A stretch of 28,329 nt of DNA from a virus. Taxonomy: Duplodnaviria > Heunggongvirae > Uroviricota > Caudoviricetes. The stretch lies in the IMG/VR virus record IMGVR_UViG_2778261175_000004. One strand, written 5' to 3'. The translations under genes and the position numbers were made by a program. Below the pieces are notes generated by a model, which did no database searches, was not told the DNA's origin, and saw nothing but the letters and a program-made list of their open reading frames with translations. Positions 20,277 through 27,163 of the stretch are shown here, in pieces. Position 1 is the first letter of the stretch, and every line of letters begins with the position of its first letter.

Positions 20277-21202
20277 AGCTCCACCCCGTAAATCCAGTCA
20301 GTGTTCGTCAGGTCGAGTTTTGGTTTGCCGGCTGTCACGCCAGCCTGTTGCTTGTTTCGGTTGATTTCGAGCTGGGTCCACTTGTCGCGGAGTTTGGCCG
20401 GACTTAGCACGTTACCGGACCAGAAGTTGTCCTGGCATGCCCAGCGGAACAGCACGCACATGTCGCGGTGGTTACGTCCGTCACGTTCACGCATCAGGCG
20501 GATATCGTTAGCCCACCCTGCAAAATTCGGTTTTCTGGCTGATGGCGCGATGGTCTTCACCATGTCAAACATCCACTCTGCGGCGGTCAGGTCTTCTGCT
20601 GTCCCCCACTTGCTGCCGCTCTGAATTGCAGCATCCGGTTTCACCACAGGAAGATCGTTTTCTGGTTGGTCAGAGGATTCGCCAGAATTCTCGGACGAAA
20701 AAGGTTTTATATTGTCTTTTGTTAGTTTGTCTTTTGTGTTTACCTGATTCGGGTAAACGCCTTTACCTGATTTGGGTAAACTTTTTTTACCTGATTCAGG
20801 TAAATTTACCTCTTTCAGGTAAACTTTATTTTTCTTACCTGATTCGGGTAATGTTGACCATTCACTGACCACATTATTAATGCCGGTATTCCGCCCGCTC
20901 TGAATAAAAATCCCACGCTTTACCAGAACACTTTTTGCAGCAGAACACTTGTGCGGCAATATCCCGGTTAATTCGGAAAGTTGCTCGTTGCTAACCCAAT
21001 CCAGTTTTTTATTAAAGCCATATGTTTTGCGCATGACAGCCAGAAAGACCAGAAGCTGGTGCTGTGTTAATCCGGCCAGCATCACAGCTTCCAGCAACTC
21101 ATTTGCAATGCGCGTATAACCATCATCGAGATCTGCCACGCGCGGCTCCTTTTGTGCCGCATCCGGCACTGGAAAATTGAATATCTCAGCAGTGTTTGCC
21201 AT
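20273..21202 (-). CDS. O: Replication initiator O: divergent N-terminal iteron-binding domain, lambda-like C-terminal P-interaction domain
   Basis: From the Met at 21202 (GGGAGG ribosome-binding site): MANTAEIFNFPVPDAAQKEPRVADLDDGYTRIANELLEA...; the C-terminal 110 aa (...GWANDIRLMRERDGRNHRDMCVLFRWACQDNFWSGNVLSPAKLRDKWTQLEINRNK...DWIYGVEL) matches recalled lambda O. An upstream ATG at 21292 overlapping the ydaT-like stop could add 30 aa. Confidence 0.85.
   Translation of the reverse strand: MANTAEIFNFPVPDAAQKEPRVADLDDGYTRIANELLEAVMLAGLTQHQLLVFLAVMRKTYGFNKKLDWVSNEQLSELTGILPHKCSAAKSVLVKRGIFIQSGRNTGINNVVSEWSTLPESGKKNKVYLKEVNLPESGKKSLPKSGKGVYPNQVNTKDKLTKDNIKPFSSENSGESSDQPENDLPVVKPDAAIQSGSKWGTAEDLTAAEWMFDMVKTIAPSARKPNFAGWANDIRLMRERDGRNHRDMCVLFRWACQDNFWSGNVLSPAKLRDKWTQLEINRNKQQAGVTAGKPKLDLTNTDWIYGVEL
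20740..20853. repeat. ori: Replication origin iterons: five direct repeats of about 19 bp (TTACCTGATTCGGGTAAAC consensus) inside the O gene, next to an AT-rich segment (about 20690-20739)
   Basis: Repeats at 20740-20758, 20763-20781, 20787-20805, 20806-20824 and 20835-20853, each with internal dyad TTACC...GGTAA. Position and AT-rich neighbour parallel the lambda ori embedded in O. Confidence 0.8.
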
Positions 21203-21288
21203 AATTCCTCCCGCAATGAGTGTGTTACGATTTGCACCTGAAAGTCGGTTCTGTTCCCGCAGACCGACTTTCGCCATTTTTGAACCTG

Positions 21289-21828
21289 TCATATTGCCCC
21301 CAGCATGGTGGTGACCATCGCCATCAATGGACCAGCCAGATCCGGGTCCACTCGAAACATCGACACAATGCCTTCACTCATCTCCTTCAGTTTCTGGTGG
21401 CGTGGTGCGTTGAGAATGACCGCCTGCTTTGCCTCACTGAGTTCCTTTTCCATTTCAGCCAGCCGAGCCATGAAGCTATCCTGCTCAACCAGGTGGCCGC
21501 GATATTCCAGCGGTAGTACCGCCAGAATTGCCGGGGTCAGTTCACGCACGTTATTTCGGTATTTTTCAGAATCGAATTTGTTATCGAGGAAGCGGAACAG
21601 CTTCTGGCGTGCACGACTGACATCATCAGGAAAATCGATGGTGCCGCCGCCCTGTGCTCGATACTCATTCACAATGAGTGCGGCAACTACATCCTGATTA
21701 TCTTCAGCAGACCAAGCGCGGACGGCATCACGGATTTTTTCGTGGCCTGGCACCTGTTTTGTTTGAGAACGATTTATCACCGCAGTCGGGCTAAATCCGC
21801 TAGTCTGTTGGTATGTAAGTGGTTGCAT
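21289..21828 (-). CDS. YdaT-family protein at the cII position (CII functional-equivalent family of Rac / CP-933P type prophages)
   Basis: 179 aa; segments ...EYRAQGGG... and ...TPAILAVLPLEYRGHL... resemble my recollection of YdaT. Sits between the cro-like gene and O. AGGAG ribosome-binding site. Family assignment is from memory and moderately uncertain. Confidence 0.55.
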   Translation of the reverse strand: MQPLTYQQTSGFSPTAVINRSQTKQVPGHEKIRDAVRAWSAEDNQDVVAALIVNEYRAQGGGTIDFPDDVSRARQKLFRFLDNKFDSEKYRNNVRELTPAILAVLPLEYRGHLVEQDSFMARLAEMEKELSEAKQAVILNAPRHQKLKEMSEGIVSMFRVDPDLAGPLMAMVTTMLGAI

Positions 21829-21897
21829 AATTGACTCCTTTAGTTTGAATTGACTGTTAAGTTGATTGCTTATTGTTAAAGAGCGTGAAATGGAAAT

Positions 21898-22128
21898 TTA
21901 AGCTGCGTTCTTTTCGGTGTGTGGAAACAACTTCGGAAGATCCGGGCGAATCTGGTATGCCTTCACTACTCCACCAGTAGCCGTAACAATGCTGCCGACA
22001 TGTTCAGGGGATACCTTTGCTTTGTTGTGAAGCCACTTATAGACGGCCTGCTGTGAAACTTCGCAAGCAGCGCCCAGTTTCTTTTGTGAACCAACGATAT
22101 TGATCGCTGTTTTGATAGCTGGGTTCAT
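21898..22128 (-). CDS. cro: Cro-like helix-turn-helix repressor (YdaS / Cro family), first gene of the rightward early operon
   Basis: 76 aa, MNPAIKTAINIVGSQKKLGAACEVSQQAVYKWLHNKAKVSPEHV...; helix-turn-helix motif; divergent from cI across an operator-rich intergenic region; GGAGG ribosome-binding site. Confidence 0.7.
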   Translation of the reverse strand: MNPAIKTAINIVGSQKKLGAACEVSQQAVYKWLHNKAKVSPEHVGSIVTATGGVVKAYQIRPDLPKLFPHTEKNAA

Positions 22129-22232
22129 AACAACCTCCGTGGTTAATTTGAATCAAGATTAAAACCATGGTTGTTTTTAGTCAACAACCATTTTCGTTTG
22201 ATGGAATAAAACCTTGGTTGTACATTTGGACT
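22129..22232. promoter_or_regulatory. Right operator/promoter region (OR with PR and PRM): three operator-like sites spaced about 23 bp apart
   Basis: 17-mers AAAACCATGGTTGTTTT (22161-22177) and AAAACCTTGGTTGTACA (22208-22224) plus an intermediate CAACAACCATTTTCGTTTG-type site. Minus-strand TTGACT (-35) at 22184..22179 reads toward cro. Plus-strand TACATT sits just upstream of the cI ATG, consistent with a leaderless PRM transcript. Confidence 0.5.
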
Positions 22233-22922
22233 ATGAAAACAACACTCTCAGAAAGACTTAAAGAAGCCAGATTAGCGCGAGGCCTTACACAAAAGGCGCT
22301 TGGGGATTTGGTCGGGGTTAGCCAAGCTGCTATTCAGAAAATCGAAACAGGGAAAGCTAATCAAACAACTAAAATCGTGGAGATCGCGAACGCTTTGGGT
22401 GTGCGCGCAGAATGGTTATCTTCTGGCGTTGGAAATATGTCAGACAGTACAGTGCAACCAATACAATCAACTGTCAGCCATTCCAAATACTTCAAGATTG
22501 ACGTTCTTGATATAGAAGTCAGTGCTGGGCCGGGAGTCATCAACCGTGAGTTTGTAGAAGTTCTACGCTCGGTTGAGTACTCGTTTGACGATGCTCGTCA
22601 TATGTTCGATGGTAGGAAGGCGGAAAATATCCGCATCATTAACGTGCGTGGTGACAGCATGTCAGGAACGATCGAACCAGGTGATCTGCTGTTCGTTGAT
22701 ATCACAGTTAAATCTTTCGACGGTGATGGTATCTATGCGTTTCTGTACGACGACACAGCCCATGTAAAGCGCCTGCAAATGATGAAGGATAAGCTGCTGG
22801 TCATCTCTGATAACAAAAGCTACTCACCGTGGGACCCGATCGAGAAAGACGAGATGAACCGGGTGTTCATCTTCGGTAAGGTTATTGGGAGCATGCCGCA
22901 GACATATAGGAAGCATGGGTAG
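22233..22922 (+). CDS. cI: CI-type prophage repressor (N-terminal helix-turn-helix, C-terminal LexA/S24 self-cleaving peptidase domain)
   Basis: From the Met at 22233: MKTTLSERLKEARLARGLTQKALGDLVGVSQAAIQKIETGK... (helix-turn-helix), then ...RGDSMSGTIEPGDLLFVD...VKRL... (S24 Ser/Lys dyad context), 229 aa. The track ORF begins 22 codons upstream inside the operators. Confidence 0.85.
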   Translation: MKTTLSERLKEARLARGLTQKALGDLVGVSQAAIQKIETGKANQTTKIVEIANALGVRAEWLSSGVGNMSDSTVQPIQSTVSHSKYFKIDVLDIEVSAGPGVINREFVEVLRSVEYSFDDARHMFDGRKAENIRIINVRGDSMSGTIEPGDLLFVDITVKSFDGDGIYAFLYDDTAHVKRLQMMKDKLLVISDNKSYSPWDPIEKDEMNRVFIFGKVIGSMPQTYRKHG

Positions 22923-23043
22923 TACCAATTAAAAATTATCAACTGGGCATTGTGCTCATTCAGTAAAGAACTAATTCCTATCTTTGCTCTAGGTAGTAAT
23001 ATTAAGCCACCGCAATAATATCTTTACCTAACGGCGTAAGAAT

Positions 23044-23070
23044 CCCGGTCACCGTGCCGGGTTTTCTTTT
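23044..23070 (+). terminator. Rho-independent terminator downstream of cI
   Basis: CCCGG-TCACCGTG-CCGGG followed by TTTTCTTTT (23044-23070). Confidence 0.55.
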
Positions 23071-23195
23071 GCCCTCCCCTCATCACACACACCGTTAAAA
23101 AAACCACCATAACCTCGCTTCAGTTATCGCTATGCGATTCAAGTCACAAAATAAATCCATCCTAAATACAACCAGTTATATCTAAAACAACCAAT

Positions 23196-23241
23196 AAAAC
23201 AACTTTTGTTGTTGACGGTAAAACAACTATAGTTTTAAATA
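23196..23241 (+). promoter_or_regulatory. Left operator/promoter region (OL with PL): two 17-bp operator-like dyads overlapping a -35/-10 pair
   Basis: AAAACAACTTTTGTTGT (23196-23212) and AAAACAACTATAGTTTT (23220-23236) share the AAAAC...GTTTT ends with the OR sites. TTGACG at 23212-23217 and TTAAAT at 23235-23240 are separated by 17 bp and point toward gam/bet/exo. Confidence 0.45.
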
Positions 23242-23433
23242 AGTTCATCGCAACAACACAACGATACGGCAACCACCTGATTCACCGTTGCGATGACCGC
23301 TTAGATCCGCAGTTTGAATTTCAGCAGGCTTCGGGGAGTGCGAGGGGTGAAACGGACGCGTGAACGTCGGTGTGACCAGCTGAAATCAACTCAACATTTC
23401 ATACCTTAGTCGCTTCAACGAGGCGACTTAGTT

Positions 23434-23724
23434 ATGACAACCGGCGGCCATCCACCGCCTGAATACGCGCAGAAGTCTCTATATGTTCAGCAGCCCAGCT
23501 TACGGGCAGGAGTTTTTATGGTTCATCAACATTACGGAACGCAGACCGTTAATCGAGGTGCGGTCATGCCAGGAATGCTGGTCAAACACAAAGATGGTAC
23601 CTGGACTGCATCAGCTAATTTACGCGGACGGCTTTATCTGCATCGCGGCATCGAGCGCACTTATACCCGTGATTTGCTCGTGGAAGTTTTTCTCGACGGA
23701 CGCGGTAACGGCCTGAATCGCTAA
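23434..23724 (+). CDS. Hypothetical early protein, first gene after PL (N/kil/cIII position); more likely 68 aa from the internal ATG at 23518
   Basis: Open frame. Internal Met ([29 protein letters not shown]...) is preceded by AGGAG at 5-nt spacing. The upstream ATG at 23434 has its only Shine-Dalgarno-like GAGG inside a hairpin. No recognisable family. Confidence 0.4.
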   Translation: MTTGGHPPPEYAQKSLYVQQPSLRAGVFMVHQHYGTQTVNRGAVMPGMLVKHKDGTWTASANLRGRLYLHRGIERTYTRDLLVEVFLDGRGNGLNR

Positions 23725-23799
23725 TCCCCTTTCCTGTTTTCCTAATCAGCCTGGCATTTCGCGGGCGATATTTTCACAGCCATTTTCAGGAGTTCAGCC

Positions 23800-24096
23800 A
23801 TGAACGCTTATTACATTCAGGATCGTCTTGAGGCTCAGAGCTGGGCGCGTCACTACCAGCAGATCGCCCGTGAAGAGAAAGAGGCAGAACTGGCAGACGA
23901 CATGGAAAAAGGCCTGCCCCAGCACCTGTTTGAATCGCTATGCATCGATCATTTGCAACGCCACGGGGCCAGCAAAAAAGCCATTACCCGTGCGTTTGAT
24001 GACGATGTTGGGTTTCAGGAGCGCATGGCAGAACACATCCGGTACATGGTTGAAACCATTGCTCACCACCAGGTTGATATTGATTCAGAGGTATAA
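23800..24096 (+). CDS. gam: Gam, RecBCD inhibitor (short 98-aa form)
   Basis: [60 protein letters not shown]...VDIDSEV; near-identical to recalled lambda Gam; AGGAG ribosome-binding site. Confidence 0.95.
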   Translation: MNAYYIQDRLEAQSWARHYQQIAREEKEAELADDMEKGLPQHLFESLCIDHLQRHGASKKAITRAFDDDVGFQERMAEHIRYMVETIAHHQVDIDSEV

Positions 24097-24101
24097 AACG
24101 G

Positions 24102-24887
24102 ATGAGTACAGCACTCGCAACGCTGGCAGGGAAGCTGGCTGAACGTGTCGGCATGGATTCTGTCGACCCACAGGAACTGATCACCACTCTTCGCCAGACG
24201 GCATTTAAAGGTGATGCCAGCGATGCGCAGTTCATCGCATTGCTGATCGTCGCCAACCAGTACGGCCTTAATCCGTGGACGAAAGAAATTTACGCCTTCC
24301 CTGATAAGCAGAACGGCATTGTTCCGGTGGTGGGCGTTGATGGCTGGTCCCGCATCATCAATGAAAACCAGCAGTTTGATGGCATGGACTTTGAGCAGGA
24401 CAATGAATCCTGTACATGCCGGATTTACCGCAAAGACCGTAATCATCCGATCTGCGTTACCGAATGGATGGATGAATGCCGCCGCGAACCATTCAAAACT
24501 CGCGAAGGCAGAGAAATCACGGGGCCGTGGCAGTCGCATCCCAAACGGATGTTACGGCATAAAGCCATGATTCAGTGTGCCCGTCTGGCCTTCGGATTTG
24601 CTGGTATCTATGACAAGGATGAAGCCGAGCGCATTGTCGAAAATACTGCATACACTGCAGAACGTCAGCCAGAACGCGACATCACTCCGGTTAACGATGA
24701 AACCATGCAGGAGATTAACACTCTGCTGATCGCCCTGGATAAAACATGGGATGACGACTTATTGCCGCTCTGTTCCCAGATATTTCGCCGCGACATTCGC
24801 GCATCGTCAGAACTGACACAGGCCGAAGCAGTGAAAGCTCTTGGATTCCTGAAACAGAAAGCCACTGAGCAGAAGGTGGCAGCATGA
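24102..24887 (+). CDS. bet: Bet (Red beta) single-strand annealing recombinase
   Basis: 261 aa, [66 protein letters not shown]...; near-identical to recalled lambda Bet. Confidence 0.97.
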   Translation: MSTALATLAGKLAERVGMDSVDPQELITTLRQTAFKGDASDAQFIALLIVANQYGLNPWTKEIYAFPDKQNGIVPVVGVDGWSRIINENQQFDGMDFEQDNESCTCRIYRKDRNHPICVTEWMDECRREPFKTREGREITGPWQSHPKRMLRHKAMIQCARLAFGFAGIYDKDEAERIVENTAYTAERQPERDITPVNDETMQEINTLLIALDKTWDDDLLPLCSQIFRRDIRASSELTQAEAVKALGFLKQKATEQKVAA

Positions 24888-25564
24888 CACCGGACATTAT
24901 CCTGCAGCGTACCGGGATCGACGTGAGAGCTGTCGAACAGGGGGATGATGCATGGCACAAATTACGGCTCGGCGTCATCACCGCTTCAGAAGTTCACAAC
25001 GTGATAGCAAAGCCCCGCTCAGGAAAGAAGTGGCCTGACATGAAAATGTCCTACTTCCACACCCTGCTAGCTGAGGTTTGCACCGGTGTGGCTCCGGAAG
25101 TTAACGCTAAAGCGCTGGCCTGGGGAAAACAGTACGAGAACGACGCCAGAACCCTGTTTGAGTTCACTTCCGGCGTAAATGTTATTGAATCCCCGATCAT
25201 CTATCGCGACGAAAGTATGCGCACCGCCTGCTCTCCCGATGGTTTATGCAGTGACGGCAATGGCCTTGAGCTGAAATGCCCGTTTACCTCCCGGGATTTC
25301 ATGAAATTCCGGCTCGGTGGTTTCGAGGCCATAAAGTCGGCTTACATGGCCCAGGTGCAGTACAGCATGTGGGTGACGCGAAAAGATGCCTGGTACTTTG
25401 CCAACTATGACCCGCGTATGAAGCGTGAAGGCCTGCATTATGTCGTGATTGAGCGGAATGAAAAGTATATAGCGAGTTTTGACGAGATGGTGCCGGAGTT
25501 CATCGAAAAAATGGACGAGGCACTGGCTGAAATTGGTTTTGTATTTGGGGAGCAATGGCGATGA
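24884..25564 (+). CDS. exo: Exo (Red alpha) 5'-3' exonuclease
   Basis: 226 aa, [65 protein letters not shown]...; near-identical to recalled lambda Exo. Confidence 0.97.
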   Translation: MTPDIILQRTGIDVRAVEQGDDAWHKLRLGVITASEVHNVIAKPRSGKKWPDMKMSYFHTLLAEVCTGVAPEVNAKALAWGKQYENDARTLFEFTSGVNVIESPIIYRDESMRTACSPDGLCSDGNGLELKCPFTSRDFMKFRLGGFEAIKSAYMAQVQYSMWVTRKDAWYFANYDPRMKREGLHYVVIERNEKYIASFDEMVPEFIEKMDEALAEIGFVFGEQWR

Positions 25565-25743
25565 AACATCCTCACGATAATATCCGCGTAGGCACGATCA
25601 CTTTCGTCTACTCCGTTACGAAGCGAGGCTGGGTATTTCCCGGCCTTTCTGTTATCCGAAATCCCCTGAAAGCACAGCGGCTGGCTGAGGAGATAAATAA
25701 TAAACGGGGAGCTGTATGCACAAAGCATCTCCCGTTGAGTTAA
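25555..25743 (+). CDS. Lambda orf60a-like small protein
   Basis: 62 aa, [52 protein letters not shown]...; resembles recalled lambda orf60a; overlaps the exo stop. Confidence 0.6.
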   Translation: MAMKHPHDNIRVGTITFVYSVTKRGWVFPGLSVIRNPLKAQRLAEEINNKRGAVCTKHLPLS

Positions 25744-25907
25744 GAACGAGTATCGAGATGGCACATAGCCTCGCTCAAATTGGAGTCAGGTTTGTGCCAA
25801 TACCAGTAGAAACAGACGAAGAATTTCATACGTTAGCCGCATCCCTTTCACAAAAGCTGGAAATGATGGTGGCGAAAGCAGAAGCAGATGAGAGAGACCA
25901 GGTATGA
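25716..25907 (+). CDS. Lambda orf63-like small protein
   Basis: 63 aa, [63 protein letters not shown]; positional and sequence resemblance to lambda orf63 (recalled). Confidence 0.55.
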   Translation: MHKASPVELRTSIEMAHSLAQIGVRFVPIPVETDEEFHTLAASLSQKLEMMVAKAEADERDQV

Positions 25908-25983
25908 CAACCACGGAATGCATTTTTCTGGCAGCGGGCTTCATATTCTGTGTGCTTATGCTTGCCGACATGGGACTTGTTCA

Positions 25984-26199
25984 ATGACACCTCAGCAGGA
26001 AAACGCCCTTCGCAGCATTGCCCGTCAGGCTAATTCTGAAATCAAAAAAGCCAGACAGCAGTTTCCGGATAAAAACGTCGATGACATTTGCCGTAGCGTA
26101 CTGAAGAAGCACCGCGAAACGGTAACGCTGATGGGATTCACACCGACTCATTTAAGCCTGGCAATCGGCATGTTAAACGGCGTCTTTAAGGAACGATGA
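25984..26199 (+). CDS. Lambda orf61-like small protein (start uncertain; track ORF begins at 25888)
   Basis: MTPQQENALRSIARQANSEIKKARQQFPDKNVDD... from the internal ATG; the upstream part of the track ORF overlaps orf63. Confidence 0.4.
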   Translation: MTPQQENALRSIARQANSEIKKARQQFPDKNVDDICRSVLKKHRETVTLMGFTPTHLSLAIGMLNGVFKER

Positions 26200-26220
26200 A
26201 CATGAAAAGCAAAATCATCA

Positions 26221-26242
26221 GGGAGCTACAGGCTCCTTTTTT
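26221..26242 (+). terminator. Rho-independent terminator after the orf61-like gene
   Basis: GGAGC-TACAG-GCTCC followed by TTTTTT (26222-26242). Confidence 0.5.
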
Positions 26243-26297
26243 ATTATTCGCATTCACCCTCAAGCGTATTAACCAACAATTCAGGGATTAATGAAAG

Positions 26298-26516
26298 ATG
26301 GCAGACATCATTGATTCAGCATCAGAAATTGAAGAATTACAGCGCAACACAGCAATAAAAATGCGCCGCCTGAACCACCAGGCTATATCTGCCACTCATT
26401 GTTGTGAGTGTGGCGATCCGATAGATGAACGAAGACGCCTGGCCGTTCAGGGTTGTCGGACTTGTGCAAGTTGCCAGGAGGAGATCGAACTTAAGAACAA
26501 ACAATGGGGACTGTGA
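26298..26516 (+). CDS. DksA/TraR-family C4-type zinc-finger protein (lambda Orf73-like)
   Basis: 72 aa with CCECGDPIDERRRLAVQGCRTCASC, a four-Cys zinc finger, and the DksA/TraR-like N-terminal helix (DIIDSASEIEELQRN...). Confidence 0.75.
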   Translation: MADIIDSASEIEELQRNTAIKMRRLNHQAISATHCCECGDPIDERRRLAVQGCRTCASCQEEIELKNKQWGL

Positions 26517-26563
26517 TGGCCTCAAAGCAGCAAATTTCAACATCGTCCAACTGAGGTGTAAAA

Positions 26564-26842
26564 ATGTTCAGAATCATTTTTCCTAACACCTGGTACGTCG
26601 ACCACCACGGCGCTCCCTGCAAAATCCTGCGTTCTACCCACAACAAAGTTCACTACATCCGAAAAGGCAGAACATGTATCGCCAGCATGTTCCGCTTTAA
26701 TCATGACTTTGAACCTGTGAATAAAGCTGATGCAGATCGGATAGCAGAAGAGATCGAAACGGCAGAACACATTAAGAAGTTACGTGACATGCGTTCAAAA
26801 AGCAGAGGTAACCATGGAATCATACAGCCTCACACTCGATGA
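26564..26842 (+). CDS. Hypothetical protein in the ea (early accessory) region
   Basis: 92-aa open frame MFRIIFPNTWYVDHHGAPCKILRSTHNKVHYIRKGRTCIASMFRF...; no recognisable family. Confidence 0.35.
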   Translation: MFRIIFPNTWYVDHHGAPCKILRSTHNKVHYIRKGRTCIASMFRFNHDFEPVNKADADRIAEEIETAEHIKKLRDMRSKSRGNHGIIQPHTR

Positions 26843-26932
26843 GGCCTGACAGTTTCTCAAGATCGCCAGATCTACCGCAACCGACAATAACCGCCACTGA
26901 ACGGTTTATTTCTTTATGGAGAAACCATACAA

Positions 26933-27163
26933 ATGACAATCAATATTCAGCCGATTCTAATAAACCGCGAGCGTGTTCAGGAGATGCTTGGTGGTATCTC
27001 CAGAACTACTTTTTACCGGAAGCGTAAACAGTGGGAGCAATCAGGGACACCATTCCCTCGGGAAGTGGAAGAAATCCACCCACCGAAAGGCGGCGCCCTC
27101 TTTCGCTACAAGGAAGTTATTCAGTTTTGCAAAGATAAAGGATTGATTTCCGAACACTCTTGA
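26933..27163 (+). CDS. xis: Excisionase / AlpA-family helix-turn-helix protein
   Basis: 76 aa; ...INRERVQEMLGGISRTTFYRKRKQWEQSGTPFP... is the AlpA/Xis-type winged helix-turn-helix signature; adjacent to the integrase; GGAGA ribosome-binding site. Confidence 0.6.
   Translation: MTINIQPILINRERVQEMLGGISRTTFYRKRKQWEQSGTPFPREVEEIHPPKGGALFRYKEVIQFCKDKGLISEHS

Noticed and set aside
20740-20853. Possible CRISPR-like array (regularly spaced short direct repeats)
   Set aside because: The repeats are 19 bp with 0-10 bp gaps, lie inside the O coding sequence next to an AT-rich tract, and fit lambda-type ori iterons; no cas genes are present.
23338-23409. Short Arg-rich peptide (VRGVKRTRERRCDQLKSTQHFIP) in the PL leader as a possible mini-N antiterminator
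   Set aside because: Only GTG starts, no ribosome-binding site, about 23 aa; more likely a chance frame within a structured leader.
23746-23799. Long (138-aa) isoform of Gam
   Set aside because: An in-frame TAA at 23743-23745 and no in-frame start codon between it and the ATG at 23800; only the short form is encoded.
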